Shown here piece after piece: positions 45,101 through 54,562 of a stretch of 64,000 nt of DNA; the stretch's first letter is position 1, and every line of letters begins with the position of its first letter. The DNA is from Bacillota bacterium. GTDB taxonomy: Bacteria > Bacillota > Clostridia > Peptostreptococcales > Anaerovoracaceae. Location: assembly GCA_022787405.1 (NCBI GenBank), contig JALFXR010000046.1, forward strand, positions 2,365-66,364. Reading direction: 5' to 3'. The notes below the pieces were generated by a model that had not been told where the DNA came from, searched no databases, and was given only the letters and a program-made list of their open reading frames with translations. The position numbers and the translations under genes were made by a program.

Positions 45101-48100
45101 TACCAGTCTATGAGAAGCGGCTGCTTCTCGCCTTCTGAGTTGTAATGAATAAAGTTAAGTGTCGGAACTATGTTCTCATAGAGATGTCCCACTGCCGATT
45201 CCGGCATAGTAATCGTGGTATAGCAGGCTCCGCCTTTATAGTACATATCAGCCTTTGTTCCGTCAGCCCAAGCAAAATATATAGGAGCTGCAAATGGGAT
45301 TGTTCTGAATGTAATCTCCTGCGGAGCATTCTCATATTCGTAGCCTGCGCCAACATCAATGGTTTCTGCAGGACTTGGTATCTGCTTTGTGATGATGGTT
45401 GTGGCCACATTGGTATTCTGGTCTACAGTAGAGCCAAGAGCAAAACCGTCGAAATTAACAGTAAAGCCATCGGCATCACCCTTTTCCTGAGTGTAGACTG
45501 CTCTGTAGACCTGAACACGCATCTTTTCAAAGTTTCCGATAGGTGTGCATTCCTGCCAGCCCGCCAGATCAGAAAGTAGAACTCTGTAAACGGTTTCTCC
45601 GGTTTGGGCATCTGTCTGATAGATAATAACATACTGTGGGTCTTCCTTCGGATCACCTGTAAAGGTCTTTAAGGTCCAGCCTTCCGGTACTGTGTATTCC
45701 GGAAGTGCAGCACCTGTTTCATCACTGTCAATGAAAGCATAATCACTTCCGGCGCCGGTAAGAGATGTCTTATTTCCGGCGATGTAGCAGCCTGTCACCG
45801 CTGCCTTATATACATCAGCTGCTTCGCTCTTTAAAACTGCCTTTCCGCCGACAGTCTTTGGTGATATTAAAGTAAAGCCCTCGTTATCCCATTCGAACAT
45901 AGTCTTGGTTTCTTTAATGTCTTCGGTCTTGTAGGTTGGCGGTGTATCTTCCGGATCATCATAGTCACCGTCTCCGTTGGCATCGACTCCCGGAGTATCT
46001 ATAACCTGTCTTTCTCCCACCTTTCTTTCCTCGGTCTTTAAATCGTCCTTGGTCAGTTCGTAGTAGATATAGTCTTTTACGAGGTATCTTTCCGGACAAG
46101 GCTCTGAAAGGTCTATTTCGTTTCCGTCTGTAAAGATGTCCTTTTCTCCGTCAGCCTCAAAGACATATGTTTTCTTGTACACATCAAGTTCTGATACTGT
46201 TGTCCAATCAAACGGGTCACGAAGCGGCTTGGTGTAGCTCTGGATTTCCCCATTTGAATCATCAACAACCACATCACCTACGGTGCCGCTCATGTAAGTC
46301 ATCGGAATCTCGGAAACGCAGCCGGAAAGCGGCATCGTTGTCTTTGTCACATTGACATCTGTAACATTTCTTCCGCCTGCCTGGTTCTTAAGGATTACCT
46401 CAATATCATAGCGGTAGCTGTACTTATCGTCTGCAGTCGCATAGATATATGAGTATGTGGTGTCTTTCTGCTCAGGGGAAACATATATGGTTCTCTTCAT
46501 GTTTCCTTCTGAAGCTTCCCTCTCAAGCATATACCAAAGCTCTGCTCCCGATTTGTGTGAGTATGAGCCGGTTTCATAGTTTGCAGCATCGTATTCCTTT
46601 GGATTAAAGAGTTTGCCAAAGAAAGCCTTTACCTTTTCAATTGCATTGGAAAGGTGTGATGATTTTTCCTTTGGAATTGTTATCTTATCACCTGTCTCGG
46701 AATCGTAAATGGCCGGTCCTTCAGAACCGTCATTTAATGTCTCATCCTTTGCAGCGAAGATTCCAAAGACTGCATCCTTTAATTTTGCTGCTGTTTCAAA
46801 TACAGGGGTAAGAATTGTATATCCGTCCTTTTCCTCTTCCTTAAAGCCTACAAGGGCTTCTCCTGTTTTACTTATTTCGAGTTTACCTTTTACAGCATCG
46901 TTTAATACTGCAGCAATGCGGTAGTAGTTCCTGTACGGATGGTCTCCGCTGTCATAGGACGGGTCTGCATCCATTCTCTTGCTGTCAAAAGTAACGAGCT
47001 GGGAGAAATTACCGTCTTCGTGCATATCCTGCTGAGTAACGGTGAAGGTGTATCTGTTCACTACCATCTTGGCAAGTTCATCAAAGGTGTATTTATCCTT
47101 ATCCTGGTACTTCACCTTATTTCCGGCAGCATCGTAGATTGCTACAACATCTTCGTATTTGTGTCCGTCGCCGCTGTAGTAGTCACCGAACTTTCCGGTG
47201 TCTCCGAACTTAAAGACTCCTTCCTCAATATATCCGAAGTCGTGGTTTTTGCCAACGCCTGTTTCATCGTACTTACCTACGAAATATCCATCGGGAACCA
47301 GCCACTCGGATATTTCATATCTTCCGTAAGGCAGCTGATAAGGGATGGTAATTTCGCCGTTTTCAGAGAGCTCAAAGGCGTAGTTTGTACTCTTTGAGTT
47401 AATGCTTTCTGCGTTTGGAAGGAACCTGTTATATATGTTCTTTGCTACGGTCCCGCCCTCTCCGAACATTGCTCTGTTTTCTTCGTCAGTATAGTCAGGG
47501 TTTCCTTTGAAACGGATATATACCTTGGTTCCGGCAAGGGGAATCTTCTTTCCTGTTTCAGAGTCAACCTTTTCAATCTTTACGATGTTTTCCTTGATTT
47601 TATCTCTCAGGTTCACATCATATCTGTTGTTATAGTAGTCGCCGGTGCCGTTTGACTTGGCACCGATTGGATTTGTTCCTGCTGTGCCGTATCCGGAATA
47701 AAGTCCTTCATCGGGAACTGCGCCCTTAGAGCCGTACATTACATTAGCACCGCTTGCTCCATTATGTTCTGATACAACTACAGTGCACTTTTCAAGAACA
47801 TATTTCGGATTATCTGCTTTTACCTCTGTTAATTCATACCTGCCATACGGAAGGTCTTTAATGAGAATCTGGCCGTTGGTACCGACCTTCATTCCAAGGC
47901 CGCCGTTAAGTGTGTTGTTTGGAATTCCTGATCCTCTTGATACAGTGTACTGATGGGTACCGCCCTCAAGGACTGTCGGAGTTGCTGACTGAAGGTGTGC
48001 ATATTCTACACCTTCCAAGCCGTCCATAAGCTTTATTGTCCAGTAAGAATCTATTGAGATGTTGCTTTTGTCGCCACCCATGGCAGAGTCTTTAAACGGA

Positions 48101-49986
48101 TTCTCCTGCTCATTGGATTTGATAATGAGGACATCGCCTCTGAACTCATCATCCACAAAGGTTTCAAGGTCATAGTCGAGGATGTTCTTAACAGCAGCTT
48201 TTGTTCCCGTAGAAGTAAAGCTGCTGCCATCACCTTTGGTCGCTGACCATTCAAATTTGTAATTTACTTCAGTCCACGGAGCCGATTCGCATTCGTATGT
48301 GCAGTTATCCTTAGCATCTGCGTGATATTTAAATGTGTATTCTCTTACGCCTCCGTATGGGTCAGGATTAATATACCTGCCGTCAGGTCTTGTTTCGGTG
48401 ATTCTATACTGCACCGTAACATCCCATGTTCTTGACTTTTCCTTATTTCCGCAGTGCTTCACAAGACCCGGTGGGTCATTTCCGTCCGGCACCATATGGT
48501 CAGGTGTCATGGTCTTCGTAAGGTATGCATCAAGGTCTGATTTAGTCAAGAAAGGTCTGTCCTCAAAGACATACTCTGAGCCGTAATCATCGAGAGTTAC
48601 TGTGCTGATGGTCTGCCAGCCCTCGCCTCCGATATTTCTTTCAAGAGTGAAGGTTGCATCAAGGCCTGCACCGCCAAGTGGAGTGTGGCTGTCTCCGTCC
48701 CATCCGGTATTTGCATCTATCTTTTCGATAGGCATTTTGATTGTCGGGAAAACTTCCACATCAGGAGGTGTGCAGTCGCCCTCTTCTTCTTTCGGGTCAG
48801 GTCCGTCTAAAACAAGCCATCCTGATACCGGATCGTTAAGTCCCGATACGAAAGCCTGAGTATGGCCTGTCTTGGTTGCGTGTTCCCAGATGTATCTCTT
48901 GTACTCGGAACCATTAGGACCATTCAAGTATTTTTCTGCTCTTTCGGCGATAGCATCCTTATGTTTTATCTCGAGAGTCTTTCCAAGAAGCGACTTGTCG
49001 GTAATGGTGATGATGTACTTGCCGTCCTTCTTGGTAGCCCCTTCTACATATTCAATCTTTATTCCGTCTAAATCATCACCGTTTTTATTGACAGCTTTGT
49101 ATTCGCCCTGGTATGACCCTGCCGATATTTCCTTTATGATTGTATCTGCCGCTTTTTCCTCTTCTGTAAGAAGTATGGTCTGAGGTTCATTCTTAAAGGA
49201 GCCTGCAATGCTTCTGTCAAGGTTTGATCTTTCCTTAATCTTCGATGCCATGAAGTTATATATGTCCATAGCAGGAGTTCCCCAGAGGTTCTTTGAGTAA
49301 TGCTCCTTTGGGATGAGATCCGTGTAAACGCCTGTCTTATATCCGGTTTCAAATCTAAGACCATTCTCACTTCTTTCGAAGTTTTCATCTCTGAACAATT
49401 GCTGGCATTCCCATATGAGCATCTGTGATGCTGCGTACCAGTCTGACTTTTTGTATGTTGTGTTCGGGTCCTTGTACTTAGAATCGGCAAATCCCATATC
49501 GTTAAGTTCCTTTACGCCTACACTTCCGTCAACAGGAGCCAGCATCAAAACATTTAAAATGTTTTTGATTGGATACGGATCGTCGCCTCCTGAATGAAGA
49601 GCATTCTGATATGCGTAGTATATAGGTGACTTTGCATATCCGTGCTTGTATAGTGTTGTAGACTTATGAGATACGCCGTGTTCAACGCAGTAAACTAAAA
49701 AGCCTCCAGCCTTATACATCTTTATGGGCTGCTTGGCCTCAGAGCAGCTTCCATCGTCTCTTAAGCGTGCATCCTCTGCTCTCATTCCGGCTTTGTAATC
49801 TGCCCACCATATCTGCAGGTACCTTCCGGATTTAAAAGTGTAACTGCCCAGGTTTTCCTCTGTAAGGGTATATCCGCTTGCAGCCTCTGCTGTTTCAGCC
49901 ATATCTAGGCACGGCACGGAAGTAAAGACGATGGTAATGGCCATCGCCAATGTCAGGATTTTTTCACCTAGTTTCTTAAAATTCAT
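42106..49986 (-). CDS. Giant LPXTG-like anchored adhesin with candidate N-terminal thioester domain and many Cna-B/SpaA-type repeats
   Basis: 2626-aa ORF with a signal peptide. Candidate thioester Cys in FLVYCVEHG and Gln in AASQMLIWE. Repeated motifs such as GAVFEIYS...GTYTTGADGTFTL..YGTYFWREIKAPSGYK. C-terminal VPKTG, then a hydrophobic helix, then RKEKDE. Confidence 0.85.
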   Translation of the reverse strand: MNFKKLGEKILTLAMAITIVFTSVPCLDMAETAEAASGYTLTEENLGSYTFKSGRYLQIWWADYKAGMRAEDARLRDDGSCSEAKQPIKMYKAGGFLVYCVEHGVSHKSTTLYKHGYAKSPIYYAYQNALHSGGDDPYPIKNILNVLMLAPVDGSVGVKELNDMGFADSKYKDPNTTYKKSDWYAASQMLIWECQQLFRDENFERSENGLRFETGYKTGVYTDLIPKEHYSKNLWGTPAMDIYNFMASKIKERSNLDRSIAGSFKNEPQTILLTEEEKAADTIIKEISAGSYQGEYKAVNKNGDDLDGIKIEYVEGATKKDGKYIITITDKSLLGKTLEIKHKDAIAERAEKYLNGPNGSEYKRYIWEHATKTGHTQAFVSGLNDPVSGWLVLDGPDPKEEEGDCTPPDVEVFPTIKMPIEKIDANTGWDGDSHTPLGGAGLDATFTLERNIGGEGWQTISTVTLDDYGSEYVFEDRPFLTKSDLDAYLTKTMTPDHMVPDGNDPPGLVKHCGNKEKSRTWDVTVQYRITETRPDGRYINPDPYGGVREYTFKYHADAKDNCTYECESAPWTEVNYKFEWSATKGDGSSFTSTGTKAAVKNILDYDLETFVDDEFRGDVLIIKSNEQENPFKDSAMGGDKSNISIDSYWTIKLMDGLEGVEYAHLQSATPTVLEGGTHQYTVSRGSGIPNNTLNGGLGMKVGTNGQILIKDLPYGRYELTEVKADNPKYVLEKCTVVVSEHNGASGANVMYGSKGAVPDEGLYSGYGTAGTNPIGAKSNGTGDYYNNRYDVNLRDKIKENIVKIEKVDSETGKKIPLAGTKVYIRFKGNPDYTDEENRAMFGEGGTVAKNIYNRFLPNAESINSKSTNYAFELSENGEITIPYQLPYGRYEISEWLVPDGYFVGKYDETGVGKNHDFGYIEEGVFKFGDTGKFGDYYSGDGHKYEDVVAIYDAAGNKVKYQDKDKYTFDELAKMVVNRYTFTVTQQDMHEDGNFSQLVTFDSKRMDADPSYDSGDHPYRNYYRIAAVLNDAVKGKLEISKTGEALVGFKEEEKDGYTILTPVFETAAKLKDAVFGIFAAKDETLNDGSEGPAIYDSETGDKITIPKEKSSHLSNAIEKVKAFFGKLFNPKEYDAANYETGSYSHKSGAELWYMLEREASEGNMKRTIYVSPEQKDTTYSYIYATADDKYSYRYDIEVILKNQAGGRNVTDVNVTKTTMPLSGCVSEIPMTYMSGTVGDVVVDDSNGEIQSYTKPLRDPFDWTTVSELDVYKKTYVFEADGEKDIFTDGNEIDLSEPCPERYLVKDYIYYELTKDDLKTEERKVGERQVIDTPGVDANGDGDYDDPEDTPPTYKTEDIKETKTMFEWDNEGFTLISPKTVGGKAVLKSEAADVYKAAVTGCYIAGNKTSLTGAGSDYAFIDSDETGAALPEYTVPEGWTLKTFTGDPKEDPQYVIIYQTDAQTGETVYRVLLSDLAGWQECTPIGNFEKMRVQVYRAVYTQEKGDADGFTVNFDGFALGSTVDQNTNVATTIITKQIPSPAETIDVGAGYEYENAPQEITFRTIPFAAPIYFAWADGTKADMYYKGGACYTTITMPESAVGHLYENIVPTLNFIHYNSEGEKQPLLIDWYSKLSPENPVIEFNSKDGLADGVSVIARRVDSTAVGGKTMYYLEIVTNQTEDAPLEITFADGYTMAIYCAKAASGNNVGVLDLYNVYKTNRYTQSDIIEVITTNEDGIATSGLLPLGDYIVRELSADDNYLNDSEEQLVTLKYKDQFTPVIWGAASFDNEYMSVQIDLSKVFETSFRSDAYQPPEEGQTVKFGLYTAEDITATAVGKHEVTEKTIKADTLIDVISVDYTTGGSVLADAKLPEGSYYIRELEGPEDYLLSDVRFNFEVREDDADYSSDAAFDYTINDGIYGRFVLEEKNHVKTTIMVESRLPMPSITIDGSVYPLDTDFASEDGRVSIDADSDFTEVTVDTFADAETNIILPNGKTLKVKLGETGNTFDYTVDGVTETFTPTAAYTGYYAGYEELWTPTKGEDLITYTPEFTLTGAGTDKTALILKAVITHQPSKTVTTKEQLIDPAQPELGYETVTTESGNLTPGGNQIFKHSAVITVKDFADVNVIEASYERISGTTAVTETLDPSGEIILNPKDTLKLKTASGADVTVSMDKYGVVTAAIENVLSGLFTDAANSEVSSTGAFDTAQTFEFTKNVTLARQDTSADKLMIKINSDNRDGFAVENDHKPEIEFVKVDREDPEKKLSGAVFEIYSAKPSGEWTYEPDKLLGTYTTGADGTFTLVLDYGTYFWREIKAPSGYKADDYDYHRFRVIKGLPQYRFVVENEAVPYTPGGGFSYQIEIKKVDKDTRETLAGAEFEIWSSKLAEDGVTLIPDKKLLEQNVITGQYGVVTISVDHKGTFFYREVKAPDGYKADSEFHLIDTTMLGLITRIEVENEKVTEPMIKTSAVGTDGSKEIAAAKKITIVDTVSYYNLTPGETYTMKGTIMDKATGKAITVNGKKVIAEKTFTPKSKDGSLTIKFTFDGSGFGGHKLVVFERLYLDVKLIAKHTDINDIDQTVEIIDPTPEKPQKPSEVPKTGDKNRLHELMLLLVIAFTGMIAAVSRKEKDE

Positions 49987-50088
49987 TTTGCTGTTTCCTC
50001 CTTGTTTAATTTTTATATAAAAGAAAAGAGAGCAAGTGTTTTCTTGCCCTCTTATCTGAAAAAAGAGTATTATATGTGTATTTGATGT

Positions 50089-51336
50089 TTAATATAGCAT
50101 AAAAGCATTGTAATGGATATCCGGGCCTTCATTTCTAAAAAAGTGGTCCTCCCAGTCTCCTGTGCCTACTTTTGAAAAGTACAGAAAACCAGAATCATAA
50201 CCTCCCTGCTTTGCTACTCTTGAGATGTAACCTTTTATTTCAGGCTTGTAAAATTCAATTACGTCTTCCTGCCTTGAGTAGATTGAAAAGTCTGCCCAAT
50301 GGCCATCTGAATAGTAGTTTGAGTTCTGAGGATTTCCCGTAGGTCGGTCCTCGTAGTGCCATCTAGGCTCGTTTTCAGCGGCATAGTCTATTGCGTACTG
50401 ACGAAGCTCTTTATATATCTCATCAATGTTTAGAGTTTCTTTCAGTGTGTAGGTATCTGACCATGGACCGTAGATTTTCTTACCATTTACCGTTTTATAT
50501 GCTCTTACTCTGAACTGATATGTGCTGTCATCTTGAACCGGACTTATTTTTATCTGATTTTTTGCTATCATGCTCTCTGCGTATTCTTCTACGGTAATTC
50601 TTTTTGATGTCATCTTTCCATCTTCGACTACTGCAACACTTACATATCCAGAAGGATTATGTTTTTTTTGCAATGCCAAATTGCTTCTATATGTCGAAAA
50701 TGTATTCTTAACCCCCTCGTAATCGTATGTATAGCTTCTGAAACCAGTCTCCTCGCCATCCTTAATCTGATTTATCTGTCCTTCATAATCTGTGGCTCCC
50801 CTTACAGTCTTAAAATCAATCGCTATGGTTGTAACTGCTGTATCAGGTGCATATGCATCGGTTATTGCCACCTTTGCCGGCTTTGGTGCCGCACTCATCA
50901 CTGAGCTGAACTTCGAGTAAACGGTCTTTCCGCTTATTTTCTTATATGCTCTTACCTTGTAGTAATATGTCTTACCGCAGGTTCTGCCTTCGTTGATGTA
51001 GGAAGACTTTGATGCTCCGGTAACGGATGTCACCTTGCTGTAAGTTCCACTCTTTGATGTGGCTCTGTAGATCTGGTAGCCATCCACTCCCGAAAGCGGC
51101 TCCCATGTCAACTTGATTTTATCATAGCTGTACGATGCGACTTTTATTAAATTAAGCTTTGCTTTCTTAAGCTTTGAACTTGTCCAACTGGTTGCTTTAA
51201 CACCGGTGGCTATCACTGTCTGTTTATCCGCATAATCTGTAGTTGTTTCTGCCAGAGCGGGAACTGCAAATGTGCAAGCAACTGCCAATGCTAAGGTTGT
51301 AACAAGCAGTCTCTTTTTTAATTTCTTGGCTTTCAT
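50089..51336 (-). CDS. Secreted protein with two Fn3-like repeats and an unassigned C-terminal domain
   Basis: 415-aa ORF with a signal peptide (LLVTTLALAVACTFAVPALA). KLTWEPLSGVDGYQIYRATSKSGTYSKV...YYYKVRAYKKISGKTVYS and a second YQFRVRAYKTVNGKKIYGPWS. Confidence 0.6.
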   Translation of the reverse strand: MKAKKLKKRLLVTTLALAVACTFAVPALAETTTDYADKQTVIATGVKATSWTSSKLKKAKLNLIKVASYSYDKIKLTWEPLSGVDGYQIYRATSKSGTYSKVTSVTGASKSSYINEGRTCGKTYYYKVRAYKKISGKTVYSKFSSVMSAAPKPAKVAITDAYAPDTAVTTIAIDFKTVRGATDYEGQINQIKDGEETGFRSYTYDYEGVKNTFSTYRSNLALQKKHNPSGYVSVAVVEDGKMTSKRITVEEYAESMIAKNQIKISPVQDDSTYQFRVRAYKTVNGKKIYGPWSDTYTLKETLNIDEIYKELRQYAIDYAAENEPRWHYEDRPTGNPQNSNYYSDGHWADFSIYSRQEDVIEFYKPEIKGYISRVAKQGGYDSGFLYFSKVGTGDWEDHFFRNEGPDIHYNAFMLY

Positions 51337-51552
51337 ACTTCTTTCCTCCTGGTCACATTTTATTATGTGTTTATGCTCACAGTCAAGAGTCTAAGAAGCT
51401 GATTATCTTTTCCCCTACCTTTCGTGCGCACGAACCATACAGCCACACCTGATCAAGCTTATCCCCCAAAACACCACTTAATGCCTCGCAGGTTTCTTGT
51501 ATTAGATTTTTGAATTCCAAATTCATCGGCAATGATATTTCATTTAATATAG

Positions 51553-52284
51553 CTACTCATCTAACATTAGCTTGCCCTTTTTTGCTTTTGCCTTTAAACG
51601 AGCCATTTGTTCTTTTTCAATTTGTTGTATGCTCTTATCAGGGGTTGGCAAATCTTCCGGCATAGTTCCGCCGATGTTTTCAATGGCAGTTCTCACTTCT
51701 TTTCCAACGTTATAATGAACAGATGTTGCTTTCTCTGCACCACATATTTTATCTTTTCGTATTTTTTCTTCCGTCTGGGATATTCTGAATAAGTTTGCTA
51801 TTAGTTCAGTACTACCCATATAATCTAAAATTTTCTGACCTACATCAAGCTTTTTTCTTTCATGAATATCGTCTACGTCTAAACCACCATACAAACCCAT
51901 ATAACCTGCATTTTGAAATATGGCAAATTCCTCATTTGTGATAACTCCAGCATCATGTGCGGTTTCCGCTAAAAGCTGATTCCATTGTTTTATATCTCCA
52001 CGAACAACGAGTCGACGGTTATCTTCACTCAGCTGGTTAAAATGGTCAGCTACTTCTTGTCTATATGTCTGTATTGCAAAATATGTCTGTCCCAATGCAA
52101 TTACTTCTTTTCTGGGATCACCATTCTGCACTATTAAGTAGCAAGCATATCTTGATAATTCATAATCTATAACAGGCTTAGTTGTCGCACCTGCATCAAC
52201 GATTTTCCTGACCTCAGGAAAATCGTAAGCAACATCATGCCCTGAATTATCAGCGGCAATCATTGCTCGCTTAATTACCTTCAA
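51553..52284 (-). CDS. dinD: DNA-damage-inducible protein D (DinD) family, N-terminus uncertain
   Basis: 243-aa ORF from the first ATG. The frame stays open ~85 nt further upstream and encodes family-like IEDIKCVRDDGSEFWSARELGNVLDYKKWENFLKVIKRA with no ATG/GTG/TTG. Confidence 0.7.
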   Translation of the reverse strand: MKVIKRAMIAADNSGHDVAYDFPEVRKIVDAGATTKPVIDYELSRYACYLIVQNGDPRKEVIALGQTYFAIQTYRQEVADHFNQLSEDNRRLVVRGDIKQWNQLLAETAHDAGVITNEEFAIFQNAGYMGLYGGLDVDDIHERKKLDVGQKILDYMGSTELIANLFRISQTEEKIRKDKICGAEKATSVHYNVGKEVRTAIENIGGTMPEDLPTPDKSIQQIEKEQMARLKAKAKKGKLMLDE

Positions 52285-52414
52285 AAAGTTTTCCCATTTT
52301 TTATAGTCAAGAACATTTCCCAGTTCCCTTGCACTCCAAAACTCAGAGCCGTCATCTCTGACACACTTTATATCTTCAATCTGATTCTATTCTTAATCCT
52401 TTACCTTTCCGGCT

Positions 52415-53314
52415 CTACCTTTCATGTGTTTTTTCTTTTCTCCTGCGGTCGAGTTCAGCTGCTTCTTCCTGAACTGCCTCTTCCAGCGCCTCATAATCGC
52501 TCATTCCATACTTATCAGCCTTTCTACGCATTTCGGCAGATATTCTTGAAATCGTTTTGTCTGACTTGAGTATAGAATTAATTCCTATACCATTTTGAGC
52601 CTTAAATTCAAGACGCTTTTCCTTATCTTTGTGAAGGTCGCTCAAAAAATTTCTAACATAGCTTTCATCCCAAATCCGCTGCTGCTCGAAGAAAGCTGTG
52701 GAAAGCTCATCTCTGGTTAAAGGTATCTCCATCTTCTTACCATTAACCTCCCTGGATATTTTCAAAGAAGAATAGTCCTCGTCTTTATCATCCGGCAGTC
52801 TGATTTCAGGAAGCTCTGATTCATTGATTTTATTCAGATCGTTTTCACTATCATCAAAAAGATGTTCATATCCATAGCTTCTCATGCTTATATAACCATG
52901 CTCAGCGCAGATTATATGGTCCACCACGGGTATCGCTAATACTCTTCCACAAACAGCAATACGTTCTGTAGTCTTGATATCTTCTTCACTTGGTGACAGA
53001 TTGCCGCTTGGGTGATTATGAAGAAGCATGATGCATGCAGCGGAACTAAGCACAGCACTTTTGAAGACTTCCCTGGGGTGTACCAATGTACTTGTCAGTT
53101 CTCCAATACTTGTTATGCTGGCACTCAGCGGCAGCCCTTTTGGGTTCAGATGCAGCACACAGAAAACCTCTCTGTCGTACTCGCCCAATTCTTTGCTCAG
53201 AAGTGCCACTGCATCTGAACTGCAGGCAATCTCCTTTTCACTATACAGCTTTCGCTCTGGCACAAGCCTGACGCCTACCATATCAAACTCTTTTTTACTT
53301 CTTGCTTCCATCAA
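52415..53314 (-). CDS. radC: RadC-like JAB/MPN domain protein with C-terminal extension
   Basis: 299-aa ORF. JAMM motif LLHNHPSGNLSPSEEDIKTTERI. Confidence 0.8.
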   Translation of the reverse strand: MMEARSKKEFDMVGVRLVPERKLYSEKEIACSSDAVALLSKELGEYDREVFCVLHLNPKGLPLSASITSIGELTSTLVHPREVFKSAVLSSAACIMLLHNHPSGNLSPSEEDIKTTERIAVCGRVLAIPVVDHIICAEHGYISMRSYGYEHLFDDSENDLNKINESELPEIRLPDDKDEDYSSLKISREVNGKKMEIPLTRDELSTAFFEQQRIWDESYVRNFLSDLHKDKEKRLEFKAQNGIGINSILKSDKTISRISAEMRRKADKYGMSDYEALEEAVQEEAAELDRRRKEKTHER

Positions 53315-53492
53315 ACCTTACCGAAAGCCTTTCCCCTATTTTCATAGTGCTAAGTGCAAGATGTAGGTCTTTACTGTCCACCTCTCTTACCTTTTCCTTT
53401 GGCTGCTCTACAAATTCGATCAATAAAGTGTTGTTGCTTTTAAGGTCTTTTAATAAAAAATCCATTCCCTTGTTCACTGCTCTCTTTTTCAT
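53295..53492 (-). CDS. Small hypothetical protein
   Basis: 65-aa ORF overlapping the radC-like start. No motif. Confidence 0.3.
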   Translation of the reverse strand: MKKRAVNKGMDFLLKDLKSNNTLLIEFVEQPKEKVREVDSKDLHLALSTMKIGERLSVRFDGSKK

Positions 53493-53608
53493 TTTCTGCG
53501 TCCCTTTCTCCGTATCTTACGGGCTTTTTCTTAATTAAGATTTAAAATAATATACTATTTTCGGCATACCGAAGAAAGAATGTCTTTTGTTTTTCGGTAG
53601 GCTAATTA

Positions 53609-54562
53609 TTATCTTGTAAGTGTTTGTGTTTGTTTTTGTTTTTCCTGAACCTTTGCATAATACTCCAGTGCCTTTATGATATACTCCTCTCTCCCCTTCA
53701 GCGGAATATTGGGAGGAATGAACCTGCTTATGCGCTCCTCTCGCAATACGATTTTTTCCTTCTGGTTCGGTTTTTCTTCCTGCATTATAGCCAATATGGA
53801 ATCGACGGACAGCTTGTCCATATCTAAAAACTTTCGCATTTTCTTCGCCTGTGCATATGATGGAGTGCAATCCTCCATTTCCATTGCGTTAAGGAGTTCT
53901 TCCTGAAGCTCTTTTGGGATATATGATATTTCAACAGCTGGTGTCATCGCCATTTTCCCCTCGTCTACACGCTTTAGGAGTTCAGGAATTAGATATGTCA
54001 AACGAATATATCTTCGTACCTGGTCTTGGCTTTCACCCACTTCTTCTGCAAGTTTTTGTCTTGACTTTTTCCCATCCAACTTGTGTGCAGATTGCACACA
54101 AGTTAAATCTGTTCTCATACCCTGCCTTTTCATTGCTTCAAGTTTCATCTTAAACGCAAAGGCTTTTTCACTCGGCAAGAGATTTTCTCTCTGCATATTG
54201 CTGTCTACCATGATTATAGTGGATTCATCGTCAGACAGCGTTCTTACTATGCAAGGTATCTCTTCTCTTCCTGCCAAACCGCTTGCAAATTTTCTTCTGT
54301 GCCCGGCAATCATTTCATAACCGCCGCTTTCTTTTGGTCTGACGAGTGCCGGAACCAATACACCGTTTTGCTTAATACTCTCAACCAGCCTTTCCATCTC
54401 ATTATCCATGCTTACATGGAAAGGGTGATTTGGGAAATCGCTTATCTCATCTAATCTCAAGTCTACTATCTTTTCCCTGCCGTTATCTTCCCTCTGCTGC
54501 TGGGTACTGAACAAATCATCTATCGAGGCCAGTGGAATCTCTAAACTTTTCTTTTTCGCCAT
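53609..54562 (-). CDS. parB: ParB/Spo0J-family partition protein
   Basis: 317-aa ORF. ParB-N motifs LVRPKESGGYEMIAGHRRKFA and an HTH region. Overlaps parA. Confidence 0.85.
   Translation of the reverse strand: MAKKKSLEIPLASIDDLFSTQQQREDNGREKIVDLRLDEISDFPNHPFHVSMDNEMERLVESIKQNGVLVPALVRPKESGGYEMIAGHRRKFASGLAGREEIPCIVRTLSDDESTIIMVDSNMQRENLLPSEKAFAFKMKLEAMKRQGMRTDLTCVQSAHKLDGKKSRQKLAEEVGESQDQVRRYIRLTYLIPELLKRVDEGKMAMTPAVEISYIPKELQEELLNAMEMEDCTPSYAQAKKMRKFLDMDKLSVDSILAIMQEEKPNQKEKIVLREERISRFIPPNIPLKGREEYIIKALEYYAKVQEKQKQTQTLTR

Noticed and set aside
53493-53608. Small inverted repeats (TTCGGcataCCGAA and nearby TTTTCGGTAGGC) upstream of parB, considered as a parS centromere
   Set aside because: They do not match the canonical TGTTTCACGTGAAACA parS. 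They are too short to call without comparison to related elements or ParB binding data.
53535-53870. 111-aa minus-strand ORF overlapping the 3' part of parB in another frame
   Set aside because: The ParB frame has clear family motifs through this stretch. The alternative product is basic and low-complexity, and unlike tnpV it has no RBS and no family resemblance.
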